Shown here one piece after another: positions 19,030 through 27,750 of a DNA stretch of 64,000 nucleotides. The stretch comes from an uncultured Chloroflexia bacterium. GTDB lineage: Bacteria > Chloroflexota > Limnocylindria > Limnocylindrales > CSP1-4. A program made the position numbers and the translations under genes. The stretch spans positions 1,248,001 to 1,312,000 of the forward strand of contig CAVVJT010000010.1 in assembly GCA_963748625.1 (NCBI GenBank), given 5' to 3'. The number at the start of each line of letters is the position of its first letter. Positions within the stretch are counted from its first letter, which is position 1. The notes beneath the pieces were generated by a model that was given only the letters and a program-made list of their open reading frames with translations, was not told the origin of the DNA and did no database searches.

Positions 19030-19491
19030 TCAGTCGCCCAGCAGGTCGTCCAGCTGGTCGCGGAAGTGGCGGATGTCGTCGATGTTGGCCTCGATCGTGT
19101 CGCCGATGAGCGTGGCCATGGCCGCCCCCCGCTCGGTCAGCTCCACGATCGATCCGCGCCGATCGCCGCGAACCGTCCCGTAGGTCCGCAGGATCAGGCC
19201 CAGCTCCTCGAGGCGATCGAGCCACTTGGTCAGCGCGCCGCTGGTGAGGTGCGTCGGCCCCATCAGGTCCCGCGGCCGCTGCGGGCCGTACAGCGCCAGG
19301 GCGGACAGCGTGAGCATCGGGATGTTGTGCGCGAGCTCCTGATCCCCGATCGCGTCGCCCAGCCTGGTCCCGACCCTCCGGCCGTTCATGGTCAACGCAA
19401 TCAGGACGAGTTGGCCGCGCGCAGGGGCCGCGTGGGGGTCGTGAGGCGGAGAGGTGTGGGTAACCGGATGCTGGGCAGGGTTGGTCATCAT
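19030..19491 (-). CDS. MarR-family transcriptional regulator
   Basis: GPQRPRDL...LTSGALTKWLDRLEELGLI.R....DRRGSIVELTERG. Confidence 0.9.
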   Translation of the reverse strand: MMTNPAQHPVTHTSPPHDPHAAPARGQLVLIALTMNGRRVGTRLGDAIGDQELAHNIPMLTLSALALYGPQRPRDLMGPTHLTSGALTKWLDRLEELGLILRTYGTVRGDRRGSIVELTERGAAMATLIGDTIEANIDDIRHFRDQLDDLLGD

Positions 19492-19555
19492 CGATCCTGG
19501 CAGGCCGCCAACGAGACGCTCGTGTGGTCCCATGGTGCCACGCCGGCGGTCGGCA

Positions 19556-20425
19556 TCATCCCTGTGTCTCCTCCATCGAACCGCGCGGGAAGCGGTTCCG
19601 GTAGTGCACGAGAGCCAGCAGCACCAGCGCCTGCACGATGGTGGAGCCGACCGCTGTGATCTGCTCCACGTACAGGCTGACCAGCCCGCCGGCCGTCAAC
19701 GCGACGGCACTCCCGACGATCGCGATCGTGATCCCCCGCGACTCGTTCCCCCGGCCGAGCAGGGCGCCGCCGATCACCAGCACCACGCCCGCGATCCCGA
19801 GGATCACCGTCTCGAGCCAGTAGTACAGGGGCTCCGACGGTCGCTCGATCCGCGTGGCCTCGCTCGTGATCGCTGTGATCAGGTTCTGCACCGTGGCCGT
19901 GTCGAGCGCGAGGTACACCGCCATGCCCAGCAGCCAGCTGATCCCGTAGAACAGGAGGACGGCCACCAGCAGGCGCCGATACCGCCGTCGTGGCAGGTGC
20001 CGCTCCTCCCAGCCCGACACCTGGGCGGGCGCCACCACCGCTGCCTGGCCACCCGAGCGGTGGCGGACCAGCAGGAAGACGAGGACGAGCACCAGGAGCA
20101 GGCCGTAGATCAGCGGCGCCGCGAGTGGGTAGAAGTAGTCGTTCGAGGCGGTGATGAACTTGCCAACCTCGTCGATGAAGAGGCCCGTCCCGGCGCCAGT
20201 GCCGATCGCCGCCAAGGGCATCACCCACGGGGCATCGACGATGAGCACAAGCAATGCCGCGGTCACGAGCAGCAGGCCGCCCCACAGCATGTGGGCGATG
20301 TGGAGCTCCCCGCCGCCCACCTGGGGGTATCCGGTCAGGTCCAGGAACCAGCGGGTGCCCACCACCGCGACGGTGAACGAGATGATGACGAGCAGGAGGG
20401 ACCGCTCGGCGCCCTGTCGGATCAT
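19556..20425 (-). CDS. Conserved multi-pass membrane protein
   Basis: About 8 TM helices; HIAHMLWGG and [19 protein letters not shown] motifs. Confidence 0.8.
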   Translation of the reverse strand: MIRQGAERSLLLVIISFTVAVVGTRWFLDLTGYPQVGGGELHIAHMLWGGLLLVTAALLVLIVDAPWVMPLAAIGTGAGTGLFIDEVGKFITASNDYFYPLAAPLIYGLLLVLVLVFLLVRHRSGGQAAVVAPAQVSGWEERHLPRRRYRRLLVAVLLFYGISWLLGMAVYLALDTATVQNLITAITSEATRIERPSEPLYYWLETVILGIAGVVLVIGGALLGRGNESRGITIAIVGSAVALTAGGLVSLYVEQITAVGSTIVQALVLLALVHYRNRFPRGSMEETQG

Positions 20426-20497
20426 CGTGGCCTTTCAGTGGAGGGAGTGGCCGGCGGACAGCGTGCGGACGTGCCGCGGAGCGATCCGCCCCAAATC

Positions 20498-21565
20498 CTA
20501 GGTGGTTGCTGACCTCGCCGCAGCCAGCCGCTGAGCAGCGCGGCGCCGGCGGCGCTCGCCCGGCTCCAGGCGGTCGGCCGCCCAGGCGAAGGCGACGACC
20601 CGGTCGCGCAGGCGGCGGCCGCGCTTGTCGGCCGGCCTGGGCGCCGCAACGAGGGCGATCTCGTCCGGCGTCAGCTCCCCCCAGCCGTCCTGACGGGCGG
20701 CCTCAGCCGCGAGGAACGCGATCTCCGAGCGCCGGGTGCGGATGATGATGGCCACGAGCACGACCATCGGCAGGAACGCGACGGCGAGGGTGACCGCCGA
20801 GAGGTCATCCTGGCTGTTGAAGATCCCGTGGACCACCATCACCGCGACCGTCACGGCAATGGCGGCGAGCACGCGCCGGGCCCGCTGGCCTGCAGGCGCG
20901 CAGGCCACCCAGCCGATCGCCGCGCCGATGATGCCCGTGTAGACCGCATGGGTGAACACACCCACAGTGAAGCCGCGCAGGATGAGCATCGGCAGGAGCA
21001 TCGAGCCGACGTCCCCGCCTCCCTTGAAGAGCGAGCTCAGCGCGTAGACGGCGTCCTCGAACACCTGGAACCCGGCGCCCACGAGGACGCCGTAGAACAG
21101 GCCGTCGAGCGGGCGGAACCTGCGGAGCACCGGGATGAGTGCAAGGCCGATGACGCCGACCGCCTTCGCGGACTCCTCGATGACGGGTGATGACAACGAC
21201 GCGTGGGGGTCGGTGCCCGTCAGGCGCAGGAAGATGGTGGAGCTTGCGCCGTTGGCGCCGGCCGCAGCCCACGTCGCCGCGAGGCTGCCCCAGGCGAGCG
21301 CGAGCAGGATGCCGGTCCACGGCCGATCAGTGAACCGCTGGAAGGCGACCACGAGGGCGACTGCGACGACCCCGTACACCGCCCACATGCCCCAGGCCGC
21401 GAACGCCGGGGCGCCGATGCCCAGGGTGAGCTCACCGTTCGATTCCCAGACATCCCAGGCACCGAGGGCAATGCAGGCGAGCATCACCACGGCCACGGGC
21501 GAGACCCGGCGCACCGCGGCGGCGCGGCCAGATGCGGGGGCGGGCATGGCGGGGACTGCGGTCAT
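20498..21565 (-). CDS. prsW: PrsW-family intramembrane metalloprotease
   Basis: PVIEESAK, GAGFQVFED, HAVYTG and HGIFN motifs. Confidence 0.88.
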   Translation of the reverse strand: MTAVPAMPAPASGRAAAVRRVSPVAVVMLACIALGAWDVWESNGELTLGIGAPAFAAWGMWAVYGVVAVALVVAFQRFTDRPWTGILLALAWGSLAATWAAAGANGASSTIFLRLTGTDPHASLSSPVIEESAKAVGVIGLALIPVLRRFRPLDGLFYGVLVGAGFQVFEDAVYALSSLFKGGGDVGSMLLPMLILRGFTVGVFTHAVYTGIIGAAIGWVACAPAGQRARRVLAAIAVTVAVMVVHGIFNSQDDLSAVTLAVAFLPMVVLVAIIIRTRRSEIAFLAAEAARQDGWGELTPDEIALVAAPRPADKRGRRLRDRVVAFAWAADRLEPGERRRRRAAQRLAAARSATT

Positions 21566-22107
21566 GCGCCCGCCTCCCCGATCGCCAGGCTGGACACGAT
21601 CTTGACGATCTCGTCCTTGAGGGTGGACCAGGCGGTGTCGGTGCCACCGACGGTGACGAGCACTGACTGGCCTCCCTCGACCACAGCGAAGTTGGCGACA
21701 AACTGCTGGGGCGCGAGCGCCACGGCCCAGGCCCCGCTGGCTCCCGAGTCCGTCGTGAACGTCTGCGGCTCGGTGATCTGCCACGCGGTGGAGGTGTCCT
21801 GGCGCTGGATGTCGAGCATCGGCGCGAGGACAGCGGCGGCATCGCCAGCGGCGGGTTGCGGCGGGAAGGCGGTGATCTGGGCGCCGTCCTTGCGCAGGAT
21901 GAGGATCGCCTTGGAATCCGCCGGCTGGACCCAGCCGGCCTCCGGGGTCAGCGTCACGCCGCCCAGGCTGGTCGGTCGGCCGGCGACCGTCTCGGTCTCG
22001 TTCGGGATGGCTGCGGCGATGCGTGGCATGCCGAGGGCGAGGAAGCCCACCCATGCGGCGATCAGCAGCGCGCCGATCCACTGGCTGGGGCGATTGTCGA
22101 TCGTCAC
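21562..22107 (-). CDS. Membrane-anchored hypothetical protein translationally coupled to prsW
   Basis: N-terminal TM, beta-rich outer domain, ATGA overlap with prsW, GAGGAG RBS. Confidence 0.75.
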   Translation of the reverse strand: MTIDNRPSQWIGALLIAAWVGFLALGMPRIAAAIPNETETVAGRPTSLGGVTLTPEAGWVQPADSKAILILRKDGAQITAFPPQPAAGDAAAVLAPMLDIQRQDTSTAWQITEPQTFTTDSGASGAWAVALAPQQFVANFAVVEGGQSVLVTVGGTDTAWSTLKDEIVKIVSSLAIGEAGA

Positions 22108-22234
22108 GGTGGGCGGGGCTCCTCAGAGAGTGCACGGCAGTTCGTGCGGAAGGAATTGGCGGGACTCGCCCGATGAGGCAGGGCCCCGGACCGGTGATCG
22201 GCCCGAGGCCCGTGTCCAGGTCAGGCGATGGTGT

Positions 22235-23548
22235 CTAGCGGCGGCGCGAGGGCAGGCGGACGGCGACCAGGACACCGACGACGGTGGCGAGCAGGAGCGC
22301 CACCAGCGTCATCCAGCCCGGTGCGCCACCCTGGGCGGGCGAGCCGGGGGATGCGTCCGTCGGGGGCTGCGTGACGGTCGGAACGGAGGTGACCGTCACG
22401 ACGAAGCGGTCGGTCCCCGTGTTGCCGGACTGGTCGGTGGCCGTGCAGCTCACCGTCGTCTTGCCGACCTTGAACAGGCTCCCGGACGGCGGTGTGCACG
22501 TCACCTCCACGGTCCCGTCGATCGCGTCGGTGGCAACCGCGCTGAACGTAACCTTCTTGCCCTTCGAGGACGTGGTGGTCACCTTGATGTCCGGAAGGGA
22601 GCCTCCGCCCGGAGCCGTGATGACCGGGGCGTCGGGGTCGTTGACGATGACGTCGAACGTGGCGCTGTCGGTCATGTCATCGCTGTCGGTGACCGTGCAG
22701 GTGACGGTGGTCGGGCCGATCGGGAACGTGCTGCCGGAGGCCGGCACGCACGCGGGCACCAGGTTGCCGTCCTCAGGATCGGTCGCGGTCGCGGTGAAGC
22801 TGACAACCGCCCCGGCCGCGCTCGTGGCGACGGTGGTGATGTCGGCAGGGACGGTCACGACCGGAGCCTGGGGAAGGTCAGTCACCGTCAGCACAAACGT
22901 GATCGTGTCCGTCGCCGACAGCGAGTCGGCGCCGACGGTGATGGTGTACGGGCTGCCGGCCGCAGCCGTGAAGTCGGGGGCCAGGTGCAGCGTGCCTGCG
23001 CCGGACCCGTGGTCCGTCAGCGTGGCGTGGAGCTGCGCATACGAGCCCGCGTCGCTGTACAGCGTGATCGCGTCGAAGTCGTCGTCCGTCGCCTGGACCA
23101 GGAGGTCCCTCGTCGTGCCCTCAGCCATCGTCTGGTCCGGGATCACGTCGAGGATCGGGGCCGAGTCGGGGACCACTGTGGCCTGGAAGACCGCGTCGTC
23201 CGTCTCCCCGCCAGCCGTCGCGGTGACGGTGATCAGGTAGGGGCTGCCTGCAACGGCGCTGTTGTCGGGCGTCAGGCGAAGGGTGCCGGTGCCGTCGCCG
23301 TTGTCGACGAGCACGGGGTTCAGGTCGGCTGGAATGACCGATGTGGTCAGCACGATCGGGTCGCCGTCCGCGTCCTCGGCGTGCAGCGTGATCACGGTGG
23401 CGTGGTCCACGATGAGCGACTTGTCGAGGATCGCGTCGATGATCGGGGCGCTTGCGGCTGCGACCGGCGCCGCCGCGATCGTCCCGAGCAGGACGCCGGC
23501 CGAGACGAGGCCGAGTGCACGCCGCAAGACGCGCTGGTTGCGGGACAT
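22235..23548 (-). CDS. Surface protein with cadherin-like and HYR domains and C-terminal sorting-type tail
   Basis: Signal peptide; DADGDPIVL repeats; CVPASGSTFPIGPTTVTCT and CTPPSGSLFKVGKTTVSCTATD (HYR); QPPTD-TM-RRR tail. Confidence 0.88.
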   Translation of the reverse strand: MSRNQRVLRRALGLVSAGVLLGTIAAAPVAAASAPIIDAILDKSLIVDHATVITLHAEDADGDPIVLTTSVIPADLNPVLVDNGDGTGTLRLTPDNSAVAGSPYLITVTATAGGETDDAVFQATVVPDSAPILDVIPDQTMAEGTTRDLLVQATDDDFDAITLYSDAGSYAQLHATLTDHGSGAGTLHLAPDFTAAAGSPYTITVGADSLSATDTITFVLTVTDLPQAPVVTVPADITTVATSAAGAVVSFTATATDPEDGNLVPACVPASGSTFPIGPTTVTCTVTDSDDMTDSATFDVIVNDPDAPVITAPGGGSLPDIKVTTTSSKGKKVTFSAVATDAIDGTVEVTCTPPSGSLFKVGKTTVSCTATDQSGNTGTDRFVVTVTSVPTVTQPPTDASPGSPAQGGAPGWMTLVALLLATVVGVLVAVRLPSRRR

Positions 23549-23643
23549 GGACCTCACGTTGGGGGTCTCCTCTTCGGTGGGGATATGCGTCATGGGGCAA
23601 CGCGCGGCCCAGCGCATGCGGCTTTCGGCAGTTGCTTCGATTG

Positions 23644-23673
23644 AGAGTAATCTCCGGGTACAGCGAAATGCAA
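23644..23673 (-). promoter_or_regulatory. Putative sigma70 promoter of the HYR-domain gene
   Basis: Minus strand TTGCAT-N18-TACTCT in an AT-enriched patch. Confidence 0.4.
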
Positions 23674-23913
23674 TACCCCGGGAAGGGCCGGACGGGCACT
23701 GGCATGGAGCGGATCGGGACTGGAGAGCGCCGCATGTCCAGGGAACGGGCAGGTAGCCACGCTCAGCGCACTGCGCACCACCGCAGCGGTGGACGCGTGG
23801 AGACTGCCGCAAACAGTCACGGAACGGTCACGCGTCGAAGCCGCGGTCCCCGTGCAGACGGCCAATGGCAACCCCGCCCGGCGGTCCGGGCCTGAGCTCA
23901 GGGCAGCTCGGGT

Positions 23914-23989
23914 TGGTAGGGGAGCCAGGACTCGAACCTGGAACCAGCGGGATATAAGCCCGCAGCTCTAACCGTTGAGCTACTCCCCC
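23914..23989 (-). tRNA. tRNA-Ile (anticodon UAU)
   Basis: GGGGGAG TA GCTC AACGGTTA GAGC T GCGGG CTTATAT CCCGC TGGTT CCAGG TTCGAGT CCTGG CTCCCCT A CCA: complete 76-nt cloverleaf with encoded CCA, A73 and anticodon TAT. Confidence 0.95.
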
Positions 23990-24016
23990 ACGAGTCGCCG
24001 GACTGGCTGAACGGTA

Positions 24017-24304
24017 TCAGCCCTTGCGGCCGGGAAGCCTGCGGAAGAACGGAAGGCCGCGATTCATGCCGTCAGCGTCGCCGGCATCCGGCGCGAACGC
24101 CTGCCCCAGGGATGGGGTGGCCATCACGGTGGCCACCGCGAACTCCTCGACGAGCTGCTGGTCCAGCTCGGTGCGCTGGCTCTCAACGGGGAGGTCGTCC
24201 GGGTCGAACGGGCGGCTGGTCGTATCGATCGCCGTGGCGGGACGGGCATAGGCGGGTGCCCCGAAGAGCTTGGGCAGCGCGATGTACTCGCGTTCGTCGC
24301 TCAC
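24017..24304 (-). CDS. Small hypothetical protein
   Basis: GTG start after GAGGA; MSDEREYIALPKLFGAPAYARP...FDPDDLP. Confidence 0.65.
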   Translation of the reverse strand: MSDEREYIALPKLFGAPAYARPATAIDTTSRPFDPDDLPVESQRTELDQQLVEEFAVATVMATPSLGQAFAPDAGDADGMNRGLPFFRRLPGRKG

Positions 24305-24420
24305 GAGCTTCCGATCCTCATGCTGCAACCCCGGCGGACCATCGAACCGGATGATAACGGGATGGATGGCGCTGTGATGTGACCGTGGCGTGACAACGTA
24401 CGGGCCGGACGGACCATTCC

Positions 24421-24876
24421 TCACCCGCCGAGCAGCAGGGGCTTGAGGATCTCGTGGAGCAGGACGAGCACGAGATAGGCGATCGGGACCGCGGCGAACA
24501 GCCCCAGGGCGAGACTCCAGGGGGTCCGGGTGGCGCGGGTCGTGCCCCCGGCTGAGGGCAGCGGCACGAAGAAGTAGGTGAGCAGCGCTCCAAGCAGACA
24601 GACAACGGCGATGTAGAACGCCAGGTAGAGCAGGCGCAGGTCTCCGCCGGGCAGATCGGCGCCCTTGTCGAGCGCGATGTCGTAGGCGAGGAACAGGATG
24701 CCGAGGACCAGGGCCACGCTGAGGCTGCTCACGACGGCCCGCACCACCGGCCGCGGGGCGCGGCGGAACTGGCGCCAGCGGACCTCGAAGAAGCCGCGCT
24801 GCTTGACCTTGCGCGGGGCGGGACCGGTGGCGGGACCCGGGTCGGGCGGGCGCGACGCGCGACCGGGCTCAGCCAA
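24421..24876 (-). CDS. Hypothetical three-TM membrane protein
   Basis: FFEVRWRQFRRAPRPVVRAV followed by three TM helices; TTG start overlaps the upstream stop. Confidence 0.75.
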   Translation of the reverse strand: MAEPGRASRPPDPGPATGPAPRKVKQRGFFEVRWRQFRRAPRPVVRAVVSSLSVALVLGILFLAYDIALDKGADLPGGDLRLLYLAFYIAVVCLLGALLTYFFVPLPSAGGTTRATRTPWSLALGLFAAVPIAYLVLVLLHEILKPLLLGG

Positions 24877-26119
24877 GCGGCTCGCCGTCGCTGCCCAGGA
24901 CGGTGAGGGTGCGCCGCGCCGGGATCGTGTCGGAGGTGTGCGCCGCCAGCAGCTCCACGGCCCGGCAGAACCGCTCGATCTCCTCCTCGGTGGTCCAGAA
25001 GCCGAGCGAGATCCGGATCGCGTCGAGCGCCGGCAGGTCACGGATGATCGCGAAGACGCGCGCCGCGAGCTCCTTGGCCGCCTCGGCGGCGGGCCAGCCG
25101 TCAATCCTGAACGTCACCAGCGTGCCGCCGTGACCGGCGGGGGTCACCATGCGCACACCGGGGATCGCGGCCAGGCGCTCGTAGGCCACAGCCGCAAGCC
25201 GGGTGGCGCGCGCGGTCGCCCAGGGGATGCCCACGTACATCGACAGCCAGCCTGCGCTCCGCCCCAGGCCGATGACCGACGGCCGGTGGAACCCGGTGCC
25301 TTCGAACCGCCGGGCGTTCGGGTGGAGATTCGCCACATCCGGCGGCAGCGACGCGTACGAGAGGTAGTTGGTCGCCAACGGCTCGGCCTGCTCGGCGAAC
25401 GAGCGACGGGCCCACAGCGCGCCCATCCCCTCCGGTCCGAGGAGCCACTTCTGGCCGGGGACGGCGTAGGCATCCACGTCGAGGTCGAGCAGCGTGACCG
25501 CGATCGCACCCGCGGACTGGGCGCCGTCCACGATCGCCAGGGCGCCTGCCCGGTGCGCCAGGGTGCCGAGCTGCCCGACCGGGAGCACCGCGCCCGTCGT
25601 CCACAGCACGTGGCTGGCGACGACCGCGCGGGTCGGGCGTTCAAGCGCACCCGCGAACGCCGCGAGGGTGCGCTCGTCATCGCCTCCGTCGCCGATGTCG
25701 AGCACCTCCACGTCGAGGTCGAACCGGTGCCGCAGGGAGGCAAGCGGCGCCAGGACGCCCGGGTGCTCGTGGTTGGTGGTGAGCACACGGTCCCCGGGGC
25801 GCCAGCGAATGCCACCGAGGGCCATGTTGAGCCCGTCGGTGGTGGAGTGCGTCAGGGCGATGTCGTCGGGATCGGCCACCAGGACCGCCGCGATGGTCGC
25901 CCGCACCTCAGCCATCCGCTCGAAGAAGGCGATGTACTCCGGGATCGCGGCACGGCCCACCGCCAGCTCGCGCGCCGCCTGCTCGTCCATGGCCGCCTGC
26001 GTCTCGGCCGGGAGCGGACCGGCACTGCCGGCGTTGAGGTAGATTCCGGCCCCGGTGGCGGGCAGCAGGGCCCGCAGGGCGGCAACCTTCTCAGGATCGG
26101 GCAGGAACGGGGACACCAC
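24869..26119 (-). CDS. Class V PLP enzyme, cysteine/cystine C-S lyase (C-DES/CefD-like)
   Basis: YLNAGSAGP, EHPG, SHVLWTTG, VDGAQSAG, PGQKWLLGPEG; lacks the SufS/IscS catalytic Cys loop (IIRDLPALDAIRIS). Confidence 0.85.
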   Translation of the reverse strand: MVSPFLPDPEKVAALRALLPATGAGIYLNAGSAGPLPAETQAAMDEQAARELAVGRAAIPEYIAFFERMAEVRATIAAVLVADPDDIALTHSTTDGLNMALGGIRWRPGDRVLTTNHEHPGVLAPLASLRHRFDLDVEVLDIGDGGDDERTLAAFAGALERPTRAVVASHVLWTTGAVLPVGQLGTLAHRAGALAIVDGAQSAGAIAVTLLDLDVDAYAVPGQKWLLGPEGMGALWARRSFAEQAEPLATNYLSYASLPPDVANLHPNARRFEGTGFHRPSVIGLGRSAGWLSMYVGIPWATARATRLAAVAYERLAAIPGVRMVTPAGHGGTLVTFRIDGWPAAEAAKELAARVFAIIRDLPALDAIRISLGFWTTEEEIERFCRAVELLAAHTSDTIPARRTLTVLGSDGEPLG

Positions 26120-26190
26120 GTCCGTATGATAACGGCCGGGTCGTCGCATCCTGCCCCAGGACCATCACCGACCCACTGCTGGAGGCCCTC

Positions 26191-27033
26191 TTGGCCGGCA
26201 TCGCGCGTCCCGAGCTGATCGCCACCCCGGAGTGGCTCGCCGAGAACCTCGGCCGACCGGACCTGCGGGTGCTTGATGTCCGCTGGCGTCCGGACGGCAC
26301 CGCGTCGGCGCTGTTCGCCGCGGGCCACATCCCTGGCGCGGCCCACGTGGACTGGCGCGAGACCCTGGTCGCCGCCGACGAGAGCACCGACGTCCTCCAG
26401 CTGGTGGCCCCGGCGCCGATGGCCGCCGCGATGGGCCGCGCAGGCATCGGCGACAGCACATCGGTGGTCATCTACGACGACACGCTGGGCTACTTCTCCG
26501 CTCGCGCGTGGTGGAGCCTGCGGGCTTACGGCTACGAGGCGGCGCGCATCCTCGAAGGCGGATGGCATGCATGGACCGAGGGTGGGCACCCGGTCGCGAG
26601 CGGCGAGCCCACCGCGCTCAAGGCCACGTTCACCCCCCACACACAAGCGCGCCAGCGCCTCACGACGTCGGACGTGCGCGGACTGCTGGGGGCGCCCGAC
26701 GTGCTGCTGCTCGATGCGCGCGGTCCTGCCGAGTACCACGGCTACGAGGGCAATGTCCGGCGCCTGGGCCATATTCCGGGCGCCGTCAACGTGCCGGTGG
26801 CGATGATGCATGTGCCGGGGACCCAGCACCTGCGCCCGCCCGACGAGCTGCGCTCGATCCTGCTCAAGGCCAACGTGACGCGAGGCCGCCGCCTCGTCTG
26901 CTACGACGGGTCCGGCATGGCGGCGGCCAAGCTCGCGTACGTGCTGACCCTGCTCGGGCACGAGGACGTCGCCCTGTACGACGGGGGATGGGCCGAGTGG
27001 GGCGACCGGCTGGACCTGCCGGTGGACCGCTAG
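26191..27033 (+). CDS. Tandem-domain rhodanese / sulfurtransferase-like protein (catalytic Cys replaced by Asp)
   Basis: GHIPGA twice, VVIYDD, LEGGWHAW, LLDARGPAEY, LYDGGWAEW; active-site loop reads VCYDGSGMAA. Confidence 0.9.
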   Translation: MAGIARPELIATPEWLAENLGRPDLRVLDVRWRPDGTASALFAAGHIPGAAHVDWRETLVAADESTDVLQLVAPAPMAAAMGRAGIGDSTSVVIYDDTLGYFSARAWWSLRAYGYEAARILEGGWHAWTEGGHPVASGEPTALKATFTPHTQARQRLTTSDVRGLLGAPDVLLLDARGPAEYHGYEGNVRRLGHIPGAVNVPVAMMHVPGTQHLRPPDELRSILLKANVTRGRRLVCYDGSGMAAAKLAYVLTLLGHEDVALYDGGWAEWGDRLDLPVDR

Positions 27034-27131
27034 CTCCGGCCAGCCGGCCCCACGTCATACCCGGGCTCAGCCCGCCTGGCTTCTCGCCCAACGAACGATC
27101 GCGGCGAGGCATGCACGCGATCGGTCAGTCC

Positions 27132-27656
27132 CTATGGCGCCTCCGCATCATCGGCCAGCCTGGCCAGGATCTGGGTCCGGCTGTGGTTGACCGCCACGAT
27201 GACGGCCTCCCGCCGCGGCTCGCCCATCCGATCCGACCAGTAGACCGCGTCGGTCACCGGCAGGAAGCGCCCGGTGAGCTCGCTGAGCGCCTCCCGGATG
27301 TTGTCCTCCGTCGGCAGCAGGTGGATCGTGCCTTCGATCGTGAACGGCGGGACGGAGACCATCGCCCGCTCACGGTGCTTCGGCGTCCGCAGCTCCGCCA
27401 CGGGCTCCACTGGGACATCGGCCACCGCGAAGAGCACGGCGTCCAGGTTCACCTGGGCGAAGGCCGCACGGACGAGTGCTTCGGCAGAGCCGAGCTCGCG
27501 CACTTCCACGTCCTCGAGCACCAGGAACGGCTGCTCGTTGCGGTTCAGGATGTCGGTGACCCGGTGCTGGCGGGTCCGGTACAGGCCCTTCGTGACGAGG
27601 GCGTCCGTGTAGAGCGTCAGCTCCACCCGTGCCAGCTCAGCGAACGCGGGATACAT
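27132..27656 (-). CDS. Hypothetical protein (DUF6812-like tandem domains)
   Basis: Internal duplication (RVTDILN...PFLVLEDV / IREAL...RFLPVTDA); GAGGA RBS. Confidence 0.7.
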   Translation of the reverse strand: MYPAFAELARVELTLYTDALVTKGLYRTRQHRVTDILNRNEQPFLVLEDVEVRELGSAEALVRAAFAQVNLDAVLFAVADVPVEPVAELRTPKHRERAMVSVPPFTIEGTIHLLPTEDNIREALSELTGRFLPVTDAVYWSDRMGEPRREAVIVAVNHSRTQILARLADDAEAP

Positions 27657-27750
27657 GCGCGAGTCCTCCGGGGCGCGCGCCGGCAGGTGGCGCGTGCTCA
27701 ACGCCCGCAGCATAGGCACGGGCGGCGTCGGCGTATATGGGCCGGATGCC

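Noticed and set aside
23549-23913. Long leader of the HYR gene as a riboswitch; tRNA 3' end as an integration site
   Set aside because: No recognisable riboswitch consensus by eye; no duplicated tRNA 3' end or integrase seen in the window.
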